Source of the DNA: Candidatus Latescibacterota bacterium
GTDB taxonomy: Bacteria > Latescibacterota > UBA2968
NCBI GenBank assembly: GCA_965208125.1
Contig: OZ242320.1
Coordinates: 2,688,001 to 2,752,000 of the forward strand
Direction of reading: 5' to 3'
DNA length: 64,000 bases
Positions within the stretch are counted from its first letter, which is position 1. Each line of letters begins with the position of its first letter. The notes below the pieces were generated by a model that did not search any database, had not been told where the DNA came from, and saw only the letters and a program-made list of their open reading frames with translations. Shown here one piece after another: positions 39,501-48,489 of this stretch. The position numbers and the translations under genes were made by a program.

Positions 39501-39772
39501 ATGGCGATGTTTTGACGCTGGCGGACTTAAATCAGGCGGTGATGTCCGGTGCTGTGGAGCGGGTGCGTCCTAAGTTGATGACGGTGTTTTCAACGATGAT
39601 GGGGCTGTTGCCGATTATGTGGTCAACGGGTACGGGGTCCGAGGCGATGAAGCGCATTGCTGCGCCTATGGTGGGGGGGATGGTGTCATCGACGATTTTG
39701 ACGCTGTTGGTGATTCCGGCGATTTATGCGTTGTGGAAAGAGAGAAGGGTATCCGCAGATGGACGCAGATAG
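36563..39772 (+). CDS. cusA: CusA/CzcA heavy-metal RND pump (Cu/Ag type)
   Basis: DAIPDLSDVQV, GPDATGVGW, GAMVDAAIVMIEN, EFMPPL.EG, DPAPLSMIET, RIDMLSTG, RPKLMT. Confidence 0.95.
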   Translation: MLNRIIEASVENRFLVVIATLMVIGWGVYAMLNTPLDAIPDLSDVQVIVFSEYPGQAPQVVEDQVTYPLTTAMLSVPYAKTVRGYSFFGISYVYVIFEDGTDMYWARSRVLEYLNSASDRLPQGVTPKLGPDATGVGWVYQYTVLDTTGRHDLSELRSIQDWYLRYELSSVQGVSEVASVGGFVKQYQVVVDPNRLLAYNIPLQKVRTAIQRSNSDVGGRLVELAETEFMVRGLGYIRSVADIEQIALGVDEHGTPIRVKDVATVQVGPELRRGLAEWNGEGEVVGGIVVMRYGENALKVIDRVKEKMESLKPGLPEGVVVVANYDRSALILRAVDHLQKKLIEEIAIVAVVCIVFLLHFRSAFVAVFTLPMGILIAFAAMYHQGVNSNIMSLGGIAIAIGAMVDAAIVMIENAHKHMERDGGTKSHSEMIIAASKEVGPALFFSLLIITLSFLPVFTLEAQEGRLFKPLAYTKTYAMAAAAFLAITVVPVLMTFFVRGKIRSEAQNPISRVLIYLYRPVIDWVLRHRVMTVALGGLVLFVTVFPFRDIVVSRFSDRPQSLTYKALVKLDALFPMEKIGSEFMPPLYEGDLLYMPTTLPGISITRARALLQQTDKIIRTFPEVEHVFGKIGRAETATDPAPLSMIETTIMLKPESEWREGMTPQKLIRELNQAVKFPGLTNAWTMPIKTRIDMLSTGIKTPVGIKVVGDDLETLQMLGEKIETVVRDLPGTLSVFAERAAGGNYLDFEIDRQAAARYGLTVGDVQDVIMSALGGMNITHTVEGLERYPVNLRYGRELRDNLPALRRVLVPTPMGAQIPIGQLADLHIRKGPPGIKSENARLNAWVYVDIEGVDVGTYVARAQQAVLEQVQMPPGYTAIWSGQYEYMLRAEKKLKVVVPVTLAIIFVLLYLNFRNVAETAIVMLSLPFALVGGIWLMYILDYDMSIAVGVGFIALAGLAAETGVVMLIYLDQAYDSLRRENGDVLTLADLNQAVMSGAVERVRPKLMTVFSTMMGLLPIMWSTGTGSEAMKRIAAPMVGGMVSSTILTLLVIPAIYALWKERRVSADGRR

Positions 39773-39784
39773 ACGCAGATGAAA
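39749..39784 (+). repeat. Dispersed 36-bp element built from (xxxCGCAGAT) decamers, copy 1
   Basis: GTATCCGCAGATGGACGCAGATAGACGCAGATGAAA; 35/36 identical to 54451-54486. Confidence 0.8.
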
Positions 39785-39792
39785 GGCAAGAC

Positions 39793-39817
39793 GTAGGGGT
39801 GGGTTTTTAACCCACCC
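39793..39817 (+). repeat. GTAG-type REP-like palindrome
   Basis: GTAGGGGTGGGTT-TTT-AACCCACCC. Confidence 0.6.
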
Positions 39818-39858
39818 GATGTAAACCCCAAAGTTATTCACTTATCAGGAGGTATATT

Positions 39859-40215
39859 ATGAAGTCTCGTATTTTTGCATTATTGGTCATTGGCGCGACA
39901 GCGATAGGCATGGCGGGATGGGTTGGCTGTTCGTCAAAGTCGGAGGCGACGACTGTCGAGGTGAAGTTGGCAACGATGCAGTGCGCTATGTGTTCGCATA
40001 CCATAGAGGAAGCCCTGAAAAAGGTTGATGGTGTTGAGAGTGTGGAAGTCAATCTGGATGCGAAAACAGCGAAGGTGACGTTTGATGACAAGGTGACCAG
40101 TGTTCCCGCTCTGGAGCAGGCCGTTGTGAAGGTGGGTTATGCGGCTAATGACAAAAAGGCCGATGCCGATGCGTATGCAAAGTTGCCCAGTTGCTGCCAG
40201 GTTCCTGAGAATTAA
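39859..40215 (+). CDS. Exported heavy-metal-associated (HMA; MerP/CopZ-like) lipoprotein
   Basis: VGC lipobox, MQCAMC motif, C-terminal LPSCCQ. Confidence 0.88.
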   Translation: MKSRIFALLVIGATAIGMAGWVGCSSKSEATTVEVKLATMQCAMCSHTIEEALKKVDGVESVEVNLDAKTAKVTFDDKVTSVPALEQAVVKVGYAANDKKADADAYAKLPSCCQVPEN

Positions 40216-40234
40216 TCTGCCGATTGTTGGATCA

Positions 40235-40270
40235 AAGCCCCGGATGTTTGATAAATTCGGGGCTTGTTTT
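40235..40270. terminator. Bidirectional terminator
   Basis: AAGCCCCGGAT-loop-ATTCGGGGCTT-GTTTTT. Confidence 0.7.
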
Positions 40271-41409
40271 TATAATTGTGCAACACCCAACCCCAGCAAT
40301 GCCAGAGCGATAGCTGATAAGACACCCAATATCACCGGTTTTATACCGCCGGCTTTCATTGCAGCAAATGCCGTAGATAATCCAACTCCGGCCATCGCGC
40401 ACGTAATAATCCACTTGCCGCTCTGGCTCAATAAGCCAGATAGGTCTATATGCCGGTCGCCTGCACCAAACACAAATTGTTCAGATAAATGTAATGTCAC
40501 TTCTGGCAAAAAGCCCAGGGTTCGCAGCAGTGCCATTGCCAGAAATAACACGACAAAACCCGGGACCAGCCTGGAATAACGCACTGGTTCATCGATATAA
40601 ATCGCCTGTCGCTGCGTATAAGCAAACCACGCTCCCAGCACAAATACGACAGGTCCCAAAAGTGAGATGCGCACCAGTTTTACAATTGTCGCCATTTCCC
40701 CCGCTGTCTGCCCATCTCCTGCATGCGCGAATCCCGCGGCAATTACCTGTGGTGTTGCGTGAATGCCCAATCCACACCAGATGCCATATACTTCTGCATC
40801 CAGCATTTCCAGAGATCCAACCACGGGAAATAGCAGCATCGCCACTACGCCCAGCAGATTGATCACGCCAACTGAATACGTTATGTCTTCGTTGTTGGCT
40901 TTGATCAGGGGCGCGAGGGCTACAATGGCAGAGCTTCCGCAAACCCCTGTGCCCACACCAATCAATAGCCCCATTTTTTTTTCGATGTTAAGCCAGCGCG
41001 ATATTAGATGGGTGAATATAACAATTATTGCAATTAACACGGCCGCACCAATCAGGACCTGTACTGCGACGCGAATCAAATCGTAAAAATCCAACCGCGC
41101 ACCCAGGAGCACAATTCCAACGGGCAGCCACTTTTGCACCACTGTATCTATACCGGGCTTTAATTTTGCTGTTGACGGCATCACATTGCACAATAGCATG
41201 CCCAATAACAATGCCAGTAATACTGCGCTCAGGGGATGTTGGCCCGAGGACAGTGTAAACGGAGGAAAAGGCAATGTGTTTAAATATATTGCTGCCCACG
41301 ACAAGATTACACATACCCCAATGCCTGGCCAGGGACTTTCTTTGGGCCAGATAGAGAGTTTTTTGCGAAATTGCGCTTCAAATGATCGCTCTTTTCCGCT
41401 CAGATTCAT
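40270..41409 (-). CDS. YeiH / UPF0324 membrane protein (putative sulfate exporter family)
   Basis: GIVLLG, G.GVCGSSAI.A, PQV.AAG, VKL.R, AMAGVGL.T. Confidence 0.88.
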   Translation of the reverse strand: MNLSGKERSFEAQFRKKLSIWPKESPWPGIGVCVILSWAAIYLNTLPFPPFTLSSGQHPLSAVLLALLLGMLLCNVMPSTAKLKPGIDTVVQKWLPVGIVLLGARLDFYDLIRVAVQVLIGAAVLIAIIVIFTHLISRWLNIEKKMGLLIGVGTGVCGSSAIVALAPLIKANNEDITYSVGVINLLGVVAMLLFPVVGSLEMLDAEVYGIWCGLGIHATPQVIAAGFAHAGDGQTAGEMATIVKLVRISLLGPVVFVLGAWFAYTQRQAIYIDEPVRYSRLVPGFVVLFLAMALLRTLGFLPEVTLHLSEQFVFGAGDRHIDLSGLLSQSGKWIITCAMAGVGLSTAFAAMKAGGIKPVILGVLSAIALALLGLGVAQL

Positions 41410-41421
41410 ACCTTCATTTCC

Positions 41422-42381
41422 CTATAGAAGCGCATTTACATTTTGTACTTCGTCGCGCCGAAAATATTCTTCAATACTGAAGTATCGGGTTCCCGTATCA
41501 CACAGCACTGTTACGACTACGTCATCGCTCGAAAGTCTCTGGGCCACGCGCCGGGCTGCCAGTACATTTGCCCCCGAAGAAATTCCGACCAATAGTGCCT
41601 CTTCTCGCGCGAGAGTTTCCGTCATGTCAAATGCCTCGCGATCTTCTATTGTGATTACCTCATCCAGTATATTACAATTTAAAATTGATGGAATAAATCC
41701 CGCTCCAATTCCCTCGATCGCGTGAGGACCCCGGCTTTTACCACTCAATACAGCCGAACCTGCAGGCTCAACAGCTATCACTTTTGCATCTGGCACTTCT
41801 GCCTTGAGTACTTCGCCTACACCCGTAATTGTCCCACCTGTCCCTACTCCCGACACAAAAGCCGTTATCTTTCCTCCTGTTGCTTTTACTATTTCTGGCC
41901 CTGTGGTCTGTCGATGCGCTTCTGGATTAGCTGGATTGTCAAACTGCTTTAACTCAATGCAATTTGCATTCTTTTTTACGATCTCCTGCGCCCGCTGTTT
42001 TGCGCCATCCATATCGCCTGAGCCGGGTGTGATGACCACTTCGGCTCCGTATCTGGTTACCAGTGCTCGTCGTTCAAAACTCATTGTTTCCGGCATTGTC
42101 AATACCAGCCGATATTTGAGTTTGGCACACAACATCGCCAGACCGATCCCGGTATTTCCACTGGTCGCCTCTACAATGGTCATGCCGGGTTTGAGTGTTT
42201 TGGTTTTCTCTGCATCTCGAATCATACTTAGCGCGATGCGGTCTTTTACGCTGCCACCCGGATTGAGATATTCCATTTTGGCCAGAATGGTAGCGCCCCC
42301 CGCTGGCGACAAATTCTCTAACCGAACCATCGGCGTTCCACCAATGATATCGGAAACGCGACCTACAATTGTATCTGGCAT
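41422..42381 (-). CDS. cysK: Cysteine synthase A
   Basis: IGGTP, NPGGSVKDR, EATSGNTG, QFDNPAN, GTGGT, GISSGA. Confidence 0.95.
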   Translation of the reverse strand: MPDTIVGRVSDIIGGTPMVRLENLSPAGGATILAKMEYLNPGGSVKDRIALSMIRDAEKTKTLKPGMTIVEATSGNTGIGLAMLCAKLKYRLVLTMPETMSFERRALVTRYGAEVVITPGSGDMDGAKQRAQEIVKKNANCIELKQFDNPANPEAHRQTTGPEIVKATGGKITAFVSGVGTGGTITGVGEVLKAEVPDAKVIAVEPAGSAVLSGKSRGPHAIEGIGAGFIPSILNCNILDEVITIEDREAFDMTETLAREEALLVGISSGANVLAARRVAQRLSSDDVVVTVLCDTGTRYFSIEEYFRRDEVQNVNALL

Positions 42382-42531
42382 AGCATTCTCCCTTGAAGTA
42401 CATTCGACGCGATGGGGTGAGGAATACGAGGTACGCGCCAGTGTGACAATATAATCCCCGATGTTAAAAAATAAACAGGTTTATGGGTATTGAGGTTTAG
42501 AGATTGGGAGGTTTTTTAAATCAGTTGTGTC

Positions 42532-42560
42532 TTGAATTATTCACAGGTGATGAGTATATT
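42532..42560 (+). promoter_or_regulatory. Putative sigma70 promoter of the R-M operon
   Basis: TTGAAT-N17-TATATT. Confidence 0.45.
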
Positions 42561-42614
42561 CGACTTGAAATATTCTTCAGTATTATTCTCAATTTTAAGC
42601 CAGAGAAATAGAAA

Positions 42615-43898
42615 ATGGATGCCAAACCTTTAGCTATTAGTCTCTTTGCAGGCGCAGGCGGTTGCTCTTTGGGTTTCAAACGCGCTGGCTATAATATTCT
42701 TTACGCCATAGATATAAACAAAAATGCTGTGAGAACTTACAGACATAATTTTCCTGATACTCAATGTGAAATGGGGGATATTATGTCTTGTGATTTTGAA
42801 AAACTTCTTAAAAATTTGAAGTTAAAAACGGGTGAGTTGGATATTCTTATTGGTGGGCCTCCCTGTCAGGGCTTTAGCACAGCGGGTATGCGGTTTTGGG
42901 ACGATCCAAGAAACGGATTATTGAAGCATTACGTCAACGCCTTAGATATCTTACGTCCCAAGTGGTTTATTATGGAAAATGTTGAAGGTTTGCTTACGGC
43001 TAAAGGTGGTATATACGTCTATGAAGCAGCAAGAGCCTTTATCAAATTGGGATATTCGATAAGAATCGATAAAATTTATGCGCAGGAATACGGGATACCA
43101 CAAAGACGAAAGAGAACTCTGATTATTGGCAATAGATTGGGAATGGAATTTAATTTGCCAGAACCAATTGTGCATGTGCATGGTCGAATTTTTAAGAATG
43201 CCGATATTACACTTAGACATACGATTGGAGAACTTCCCAATCCGACACTGGATAAGAGCAGTCCTATCTGCTACATCGGCAAGCCCAAACATGAGTGGGA
43301 AGAACAACTGCGTGATGGAAATAAAAAATTATATGATCATTTTACACCCAAAATTGAGGGTGTCCAACTTGAGAGAATTAAAAATTTAAAATCAGGACAA
43401 TCGATGAAGGATCTGCCAGAATCGCTTCATCATGAATCATTTAGAAGGAGAGCCAATCGACGTGTTATGGATGGAACGCCCACGGAAAAACGAGGAGGTG
43501 CGCCCTCGGGAATTAAGCGATTGATTTTTGATGAACCGAGTTTAACTATTACAGGGGCCGCTATAAGAGAATTTATACATCCAGAAGACAATCGCCCGTT
43601 AACTTTGCGTGAATGCGCTCGGATACAAACATTTCCCGATTGGTTCAGATTTCAAGGAAATACTTCAGAGAGAATCAAGCAGATAGGGAATGCGATTCCC
43701 CCATTGTTAGCAGAAATTTTTGCAATGCATTTACTGGTTAATTATGGTTTTGGAGAAACAAAACGCATTTCACCAGGTAGGTTATTTGCACACACTTTAA
43801 CAAAAGCAACTGCTATGAGTCCAGCTCTCACAAAAACGGATAATATGCTTCAGGAATTGTATAAAAAAAAGAATCCTCAACTCAGTCTTTTTGGATAA
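42615..43898 (+). CDS. C5-cytosine DNA methyltransferase, M.ApaLI-like
   Basis: FAGAGG, GGPPCQGFS, ENV, Q.R.R, RECARIQTFPD, GNA; the TRD RRRANRRV.DGTPTEKRGGAPSGIKRL matches M.ApaLI as I recall it. Confidence 0.92.
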   Translation: MDAKPLAISLFAGAGGCSLGFKRAGYNILYAIDINKNAVRTYRHNFPDTQCEMGDIMSCDFEKLLKNLKLKTGELDILIGGPPCQGFSTAGMRFWDDPRNGLLKHYVNALDILRPKWFIMENVEGLLTAKGGIYVYEAARAFIKLGYSIRIDKIYAQEYGIPQRRKRTLIIGNRLGMEFNLPEPIVHVHGRIFKNADITLRHTIGELPNPTLDKSSPICYIGKPKHEWEEQLRDGNKKLYDHFTPKIEGVQLERIKNLKSGQSMKDLPESLHHESFRRRANRRVMDGTPTEKRGGAPSGIKRLIFDEPSLTITGAAIREFIHPEDNRPLTLRECARIQTFPDWFRFQGNTSERIKQIGNAIPPLLAEIFAMHLLVNYGFGETKRISPGRLFAHTLTKATAMSPALTKTDNMLQELYKKKNPQLSLFG

Positions 43899-43903
43899 TT
43901 ATT

Positions 43904-44953
43904 ATGGCGAGTATTACAATTCAGAATTTACTCTCAGAGTGTAAGGTTCACGGGAGTGGCAAAGCTCAGGTTACTCTGGAAGATTCTGAAATATATGCAT
44001 TATTTTGCATTTGTTTACGTGATTTGGGATGGGATTTCAATGCCATTGGCGTTGAGGATATTGAAAAGCCTGATGATGACTATTTTAAGATTCCAATAAA
44101 ATGGTTCAATGAACTTCGGTTTTCGAACGTTACGCCAAAGATTCTTTTAGATGTTCTTGAGAGAGCCTGCGCTATCAATGAAGATTTCGGATTATATATA
44201 AGAAATCTCTGTGCATTGCATCGCAGACGAGTGAAATACCAACGCATTCTCTCCGCTCAACCATTGCCACAGATGGATCAAATAGGTCCGCGTTCTTTAT
44301 TGGAATACGGAGAATGTGATGATGAACTTTTGTCGGGATGGATGTCCTGGAGAAAATGGATTTATGATATAGACAATCGCTCTGCACAGGAAACGGGATA
44401 TTTGTTTGAGCCTGTGTTAGCAAGTTGTCTGGGAGGTACGCCTGTTGGTGCGAGAAGTTCACCTGTAAAACGAGTTGATAGTAATGGAAACCAAACACCA
44501 AGAGGCAGACAAGTTGATTGTTTTGTGGCTGGAGAAAATCTCGCCTATGAATTCAAAATGAGGGTGACAATTGCTGCGAGTGGGCAAGGCCGATTCGGCG
44601 AAGAATTATCGTTTCCCTTTGAATGTCAGGTAGCGGGATTCAAACCTATTCTCATAGTGCTCGATCCCACACCTTCCCCAAGGCTTGATGAACTGAGAAC
44701 GGCTTTTGAAAATGCGGCTGGCTCTTCATACATTGGGGAGGAGGCATGGCAGCATATAAAAGAAAAATCGGGGGAAATTTTATCTATATTTGTCCAAAAA
44801 TATATTAGACCACCTATAGAATCCATTGAGAGTCTTCATCAAAATATCCCACCTGATTTATATTTGCAATGGCGGGATAGCGCAGTTTTGATAAAATCAC
44901 CCTCAAGTGAGTATTTGATAGAACGAAATGTGAACCCATACCAAGAAAATTGA
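43904..44953 (+). CDS. Type II restriction endonuclease, ApaLI family
   Basis: YD.DNRSAQETGYLFEP, RQVDC, YEFK.RVTIAASGQGRFGEELSF (PD-(D/E)xK-like); adjacent to the methyltransferase; AT-rich. Confidence 0.82.
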   Translation: MASITIQNLLSECKVHGSGKAQVTLEDSEIYALFCICLRDLGWDFNAIGVEDIEKPDDDYFKIPIKWFNELRFSNVTPKILLDVLERACAINEDFGLYIRNLCALHRRRVKYQRILSAQPLPQMDQIGPRSLLEYGECDDELLSGWMSWRKWIYDIDNRSAQETGYLFEPVLASCLGGTPVGARSSPVKRVDSNGNQTPRGRQVDCFVAGENLAYEFKMRVTIAASGQGRFGEELSFPFECQVAGFKPILIVLDPTPSPRLDELRTAFENAAGSSYIGEEAWQHIKEKSGEILSIFVQKYIRPPIESIESLHQNIPPDLYLQWRDSAVLIKSPSSEYLIERNVNPYQEN

Positions 44954-44987
44954 TATAGCTAATACCTACAGGTTAAAGGAGGTATTT

Positions 44988-45896
44988 ATGGCTCTTGCGA
45001 TGACAGAGCAGCAAGAGAGAGATTTTGATGAGAAGGGATTTATTATTCTCGAGGATTTCTTTACTCAGGACGAGGTGAATCGGCTTTTGCTGGCTATTGA
45101 TGAGGTGGCAGGTCGGATTCGAAAGGCCGAGGGTCTGGGGCCTGATGATCCTTTTGCCGTGCGCAATGCCCTGTCGCAACATGAAGCTTTTCTCGATTTG
45201 ATCGATCATCCGCGCATGTTGCCTCTGGTGGTGGATGCGATTGGCTGGAATATTCAGATTCGAACTACGCATCTGGACTATCGACCGCCGTATCCCGAGG
45301 GCTTGAAAGCAGGCGATGTTGGCGTTGGCAAGGGCGAAGATCAGGAGGTGGGGTACCGCAATGTGGCCTGGCATCCCGATTTGGCGAGCGATATGCTGTT
45401 TCTGGGTCCTTCGCTGGATGGGCGTCTCCCGTTTATGGAGATCAAGGTTTTTTATGTGCTTTACGATATGACTGAATCCAATTGTGGCAATTTGTGGTTG
45501 GTGCCGGGCAGTCACAAGCGCAAGCCCGAAGAGTTGCGGGAAATGGGGCGCGAGGTCAATCCGGAAGAGGCGGTCGAGCTTAAGTTGCGGGCTGGTTCTG
45601 CAGTGTTGTGGCGAACAGCGGTGTGGCACTGCGTGGGTCCCAATTTGTCGAGGAAAACGCGAAAAATTATGCATGTGGGGTATAATTATCGGTGGCTTCG
45701 TCCAACCGATTATATTGAGCAGGATGCGGCGCTCATTGAACGGAGTTCGCCAATTCGGCGTCAGTTGTTGGGCGCGCTGGCATCGGGAAAAGATCCACTG
45801 GGACCAGAGCCGGATTTTCACCCTTCGTCACAATACTGGCTGACAAAGAATTGGAATGATGTTCCATTGCGAGCCTGGGCACAGGCGCGAGCTTGA
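44988..45896 (+). CDS. PhyH-family Fe(II)/2OG dioxygenase
   Basis: WHPD, GNLWLVPGSH, AG.A......WH, N....R. Confidence 0.88.
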   Translation: MALAMTEQQERDFDEKGFIILEDFFTQDEVNRLLLAIDEVAGRIRKAEGLGPDDPFAVRNALSQHEAFLDLIDHPRMLPLVVDAIGWNIQIRTTHLDYRPPYPEGLKAGDVGVGKGEDQEVGYRNVAWHPDLASDMLFLGPSLDGRLPFMEIKVFYVLYDMTESNCGNLWLVPGSHKRKPEELREMGREVNPEEAVELKLRAGSAVLWRTAVWHCVGPNLSRKTRKIMHVGYNYRWLRPTDYIEQDAALIERSSPIRRQLLGALASGKDPLGPEPDFHPSSQYWLTKNWNDVPLRAWAQARA

Positions 45897-45912
45897 ATAT
45901 TGAGAAAAAATA

Positions 45913-45940
45913 AAACCCCAGGAGCGTGCTTCTGGGGTTT
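45913..45940. terminator. Bidirectional terminator
   Basis: AAACCCCAGGAG-loop-CTTCTGGGGTTT. Confidence 0.75.
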
Positions 45941-45958
45941 GTGGTGTGTCGGGCGCTA

Positions 45959-46630
45959 TCAGGAGGGATCAAATTTGTAGCCGACACCGCGTACTGTGGT
46001 AATGGCTTTGCCCGATTCGCCGAGTTTGGAGCGCAAGCGGCGAATGTGGACGTCAACGGTGCGCATGCCGCCGTAATAGTCATAGCCCCAGATGCTGTCG
46101 AGCAGGTCCGATCGCGTAAATACGCGGGCTTCGTGGGTGACCAGATGTTTGAGTAGTTCGTATTCTTTGAGTGTGAGTTCGACAACGCTGCCCTTGACGC
46201 GCACTTCATAGCGCGCCATATTGATGACGAGGTCGTCTATTTTGAGGGTGTGGTCGTCGGGGGGATGGTCGTCGTTCCAAAGAGCCAGGCGCAGGCGGGC
46301 TTCGAATTCGCGCAGGCTATAGGGCTTGATGACAAAATCTGAAATGCCGAGTGAAAAATCGAGGTTGAGTGCGGTCATTTCATCGGTGATGACGAGCAGG
46401 GAACTGTCGTTGGCAGGGCGCTGTTGTTGAAGGTGCGCAATGGTCTGTGCGAGGCGGTCGAGGGAGGATTCGGGGTCAATGATGGTCAAATCAATGCCGT
46501 TGGCGGGTATGGGAGGCAAGTTGCTCCGTCCGCTCAGGATCACATGTTCAACCTGATGCCCGATGTATTCGAGGTCTGATTTGAGACGCGCGCCGTAGGC
46601 TTCGTCCGCGAGAAGAAGAATAGTTGCCAT
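45959..46630 (-). CDS. OmpR-family regulator with a degenerate receiver domain (GlnR-like)
   Basis: LT.KEYELL..L......VFTR..LL..IWGYDYYGG.RTVDVHIRRLR.KLG wHTH; the receiver keeps DF..KP but lacks a canonical acidic pocket; no kinase adjacent. Confidence 0.8.
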   Translation of the reverse strand: MATILLLADEAYGARLKSDLEYIGHQVEHVILSGRSNLPPIPANGIDLTIIDPESSLDRLAQTIAHLQQQRPANDSSLLVITDEMTALNLDFSLGISDFVIKPYSLREFEARLRLALWNDDHPPDDHTLKIDDLVINMARYEVRVKGSVVELTLKEYELLKHLVTHEARVFTRSDLLDSIWGYDYYGGMRTVDVHIRRLRSKLGESGKAITTVRGVGYKFDPS

Positions 46631-46840
46631 TGGAGACGAAATTGGGAATAAGGGAGGAACTGATATTACGCATTTTAATGCGCCCGTGTGTAACATCAGT
46701 GCTGAAAACAGAAAGCCGAAAATTAGTGGCCTCATGGCATTTTGTCAAGGTGTATCTAAGAATACGGGCGTTAGAGTTAGAGAGAAATTGACAAAACACT
46801 TTTATCACTTTTTATCAAAAAACCGTCTCAGGAGTACATT

Positions 46841-48478
46841 ATGTCTTCTCCTCATGCAATTGCTCATCCCGCTTTCAGGCCGTCCATTATGGGTAGGAAT
46901 GGCGTGGTCACATCGGGACACCATCTCGCTTCTCAAGCAGGTATTCAGGTTATGATGGCGGGTGGCAATGCCATTGATGCGGCTATTGCCACGGCTGCTG
47001 CGCTCGGTGTGGTTGAACCGCAATCTTCAGGCGCAGGAGGGGATGGTTTTATTTTAATTTACTCGGCTAAGACGGGTACCGTATCTGCGATCAATGCCAC
47101 TGGCGCAGCCCCAACGGGCGCAACCCGAGAATTTTATCTCAAACGGGGTGGTATCCCGATGAAGGGTATTCTGAGCGTTTCCATCCCCGGTCTGGTAGAT
47201 GGTTGGCTCGTTGCTCACGAGCGCTTTGGCACGCGCCCGCTCGAAGATATTTTTGCGCCGGCAATCGCCCTTTGTGAAGAGGGCTTTCCGCTCAGTCACA
47301 AATTGGCGGATAGCTTGCGGGGGGAGACAAAACGCTTTGCTTCCGATCCATATACGCGGGCGGTTTTTACAAATGATGGTCAGCCTCTCAGTGCCGGGGA
47401 TATTGTCTATCAGAAAGACCTGGGTAAGACCTTGCGAAAGATCGCCGCAGAGGGGCGCGACGCCTATCGCACGGGTGAAATAGCCCGGGCACTTGTTGCA
47501 TTTAGCCAGTCGCGAGGTGGTTTGTTTACCGAAGCCGATTTGAAAAACCATCGCGCCCGCATTGGCGATCCTATTGCCGTGACCTACAAAGGTTATACCG
47601 TATATGAAACGCCTCCCAATTCGAGCGGGCATATTTTGCTTCAGGAACTCAATATTGTCGAAAATTTTGATCTTCAGGCACTGGGCTGTAATACTGCCGA
47701 GAGTATCCACCTTATGGTCGAAGCCAAAAAACTCGCTTTTGCAGACCGCGAAAAATACGTGGCCGATCCAGATTGGGTCGATGTGCCAATTGATGGACTT
47801 CTCTCGAAAGATTATGCAAAAGAACGCGCTTCGTGCATCGATCTCGAACGCACTGCTATTCATGTCCCGCCCGGTATCCCGGAATCGGTTGAGGATACTA
47901 CATGTTTTTGCGTGGCTGACGGCGAGGGCAATGCGGTTTGTCAATTGCAGAGTATTCAATCCGGCTGGGGATCAAGTCTTATTGCGGGAGATACGGGTAT
48001 TCTTCTCAATAACCGTATGACGTACTGGCATTTGGAAAAAGATCATCCCAATTGTCTGATGCCTGGTAAGCGAGTTCGCCACACTATGAATCCCGTTATT
48101 GTTGCGAAAGACGGCAAACCCGTTTTGATATGCGGCACGCCGGGCGCAGATACACAGGTGCAGACCAATTTGCAACTGGTGACACATATTCTGGAATTTG
48201 GCATGACACCTCAAGAGGCTGTTGAAGCCCCCCGCTGGCGTTCTCTGCAAAATCCTATGGAATCCACGGTTCCCCATACGTGCGAAGATGTGCTTCAACT
48301 CGAAAGCCGTTTTCCTACAATCCAGTGCGAAGCTCTTGCTCGGAAAGGCCATGACCTTCGTATCCTCTCAGATTGGGGTGGGCCGGGGAATGCTCAGGCC
48401 ATTCAGATCAATCCCGAGACCGGTACTCTGATGGGTGGTTCAGATCCCAGACGAGATGGATACGCCATTGCTTTTTAA
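46841..48478 (+). CDS. ggt: Gamma-glutamyltransferase family protein
   Basis: GGNAIDAA, EP.SSG.GGD, catalytic DTT, LNNR, GTPG, DPRRDG. Confidence 0.9.
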   Translation: MSSPHAIAHPAFRPSIMGRNGVVTSGHHLASQAGIQVMMAGGNAIDAAIATAAALGVVEPQSSGAGGDGFILIYSAKTGTVSAINATGAAPTGATREFYLKRGGIPMKGILSVSIPGLVDGWLVAHERFGTRPLEDIFAPAIALCEEGFPLSHKLADSLRGETKRFASDPYTRAVFTNDGQPLSAGDIVYQKDLGKTLRKIAAEGRDAYRTGEIARALVAFSQSRGGLFTEADLKNHRARIGDPIAVTYKGYTVYETPPNSSGHILLQELNIVENFDLQALGCNTAESIHLMVEAKKLAFADREKYVADPDWVDVPIDGLLSKDYAKERASCIDLERTAIHVPPGIPESVEDTTCFCVADGEGNAVCQLQSIQSGWGSSLIAGDTGILLNNRMTYWHLEKDHPNCLMPGKRVRHTMNPVIVAKDGKPVLICGTPGADTQVQTNLQLVTHILEFGMTPQEAVEAPRWRSLQNPMESTVPHTCEDVLQLESRFPTIQCEALARKGHDLRILSDWGGPGNAQAIQINPETGTLMGGSDPRRDGYAIAF

Positions 48479-48489
48479 GAGGAAAAACT

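Noticed and set aside
39749-39817. Short repeats as a possible CRISPR array
   Set aside because: No regularly spaced repeat-spacer units and no cas genes anywhere in the window.
42475-44974. ACAGGTT at both sides of the R-M cassette as a target-site duplication
   Set aside because: A 7-bp match is within chance expectation and there is no integrase or transposase.
46688-46725. Possible GlnR box (GTAAC...GAAAAC) upstream of the regulator
   Set aside because: Spacing does not fit the GTNAC-n6-GAAAC pattern.
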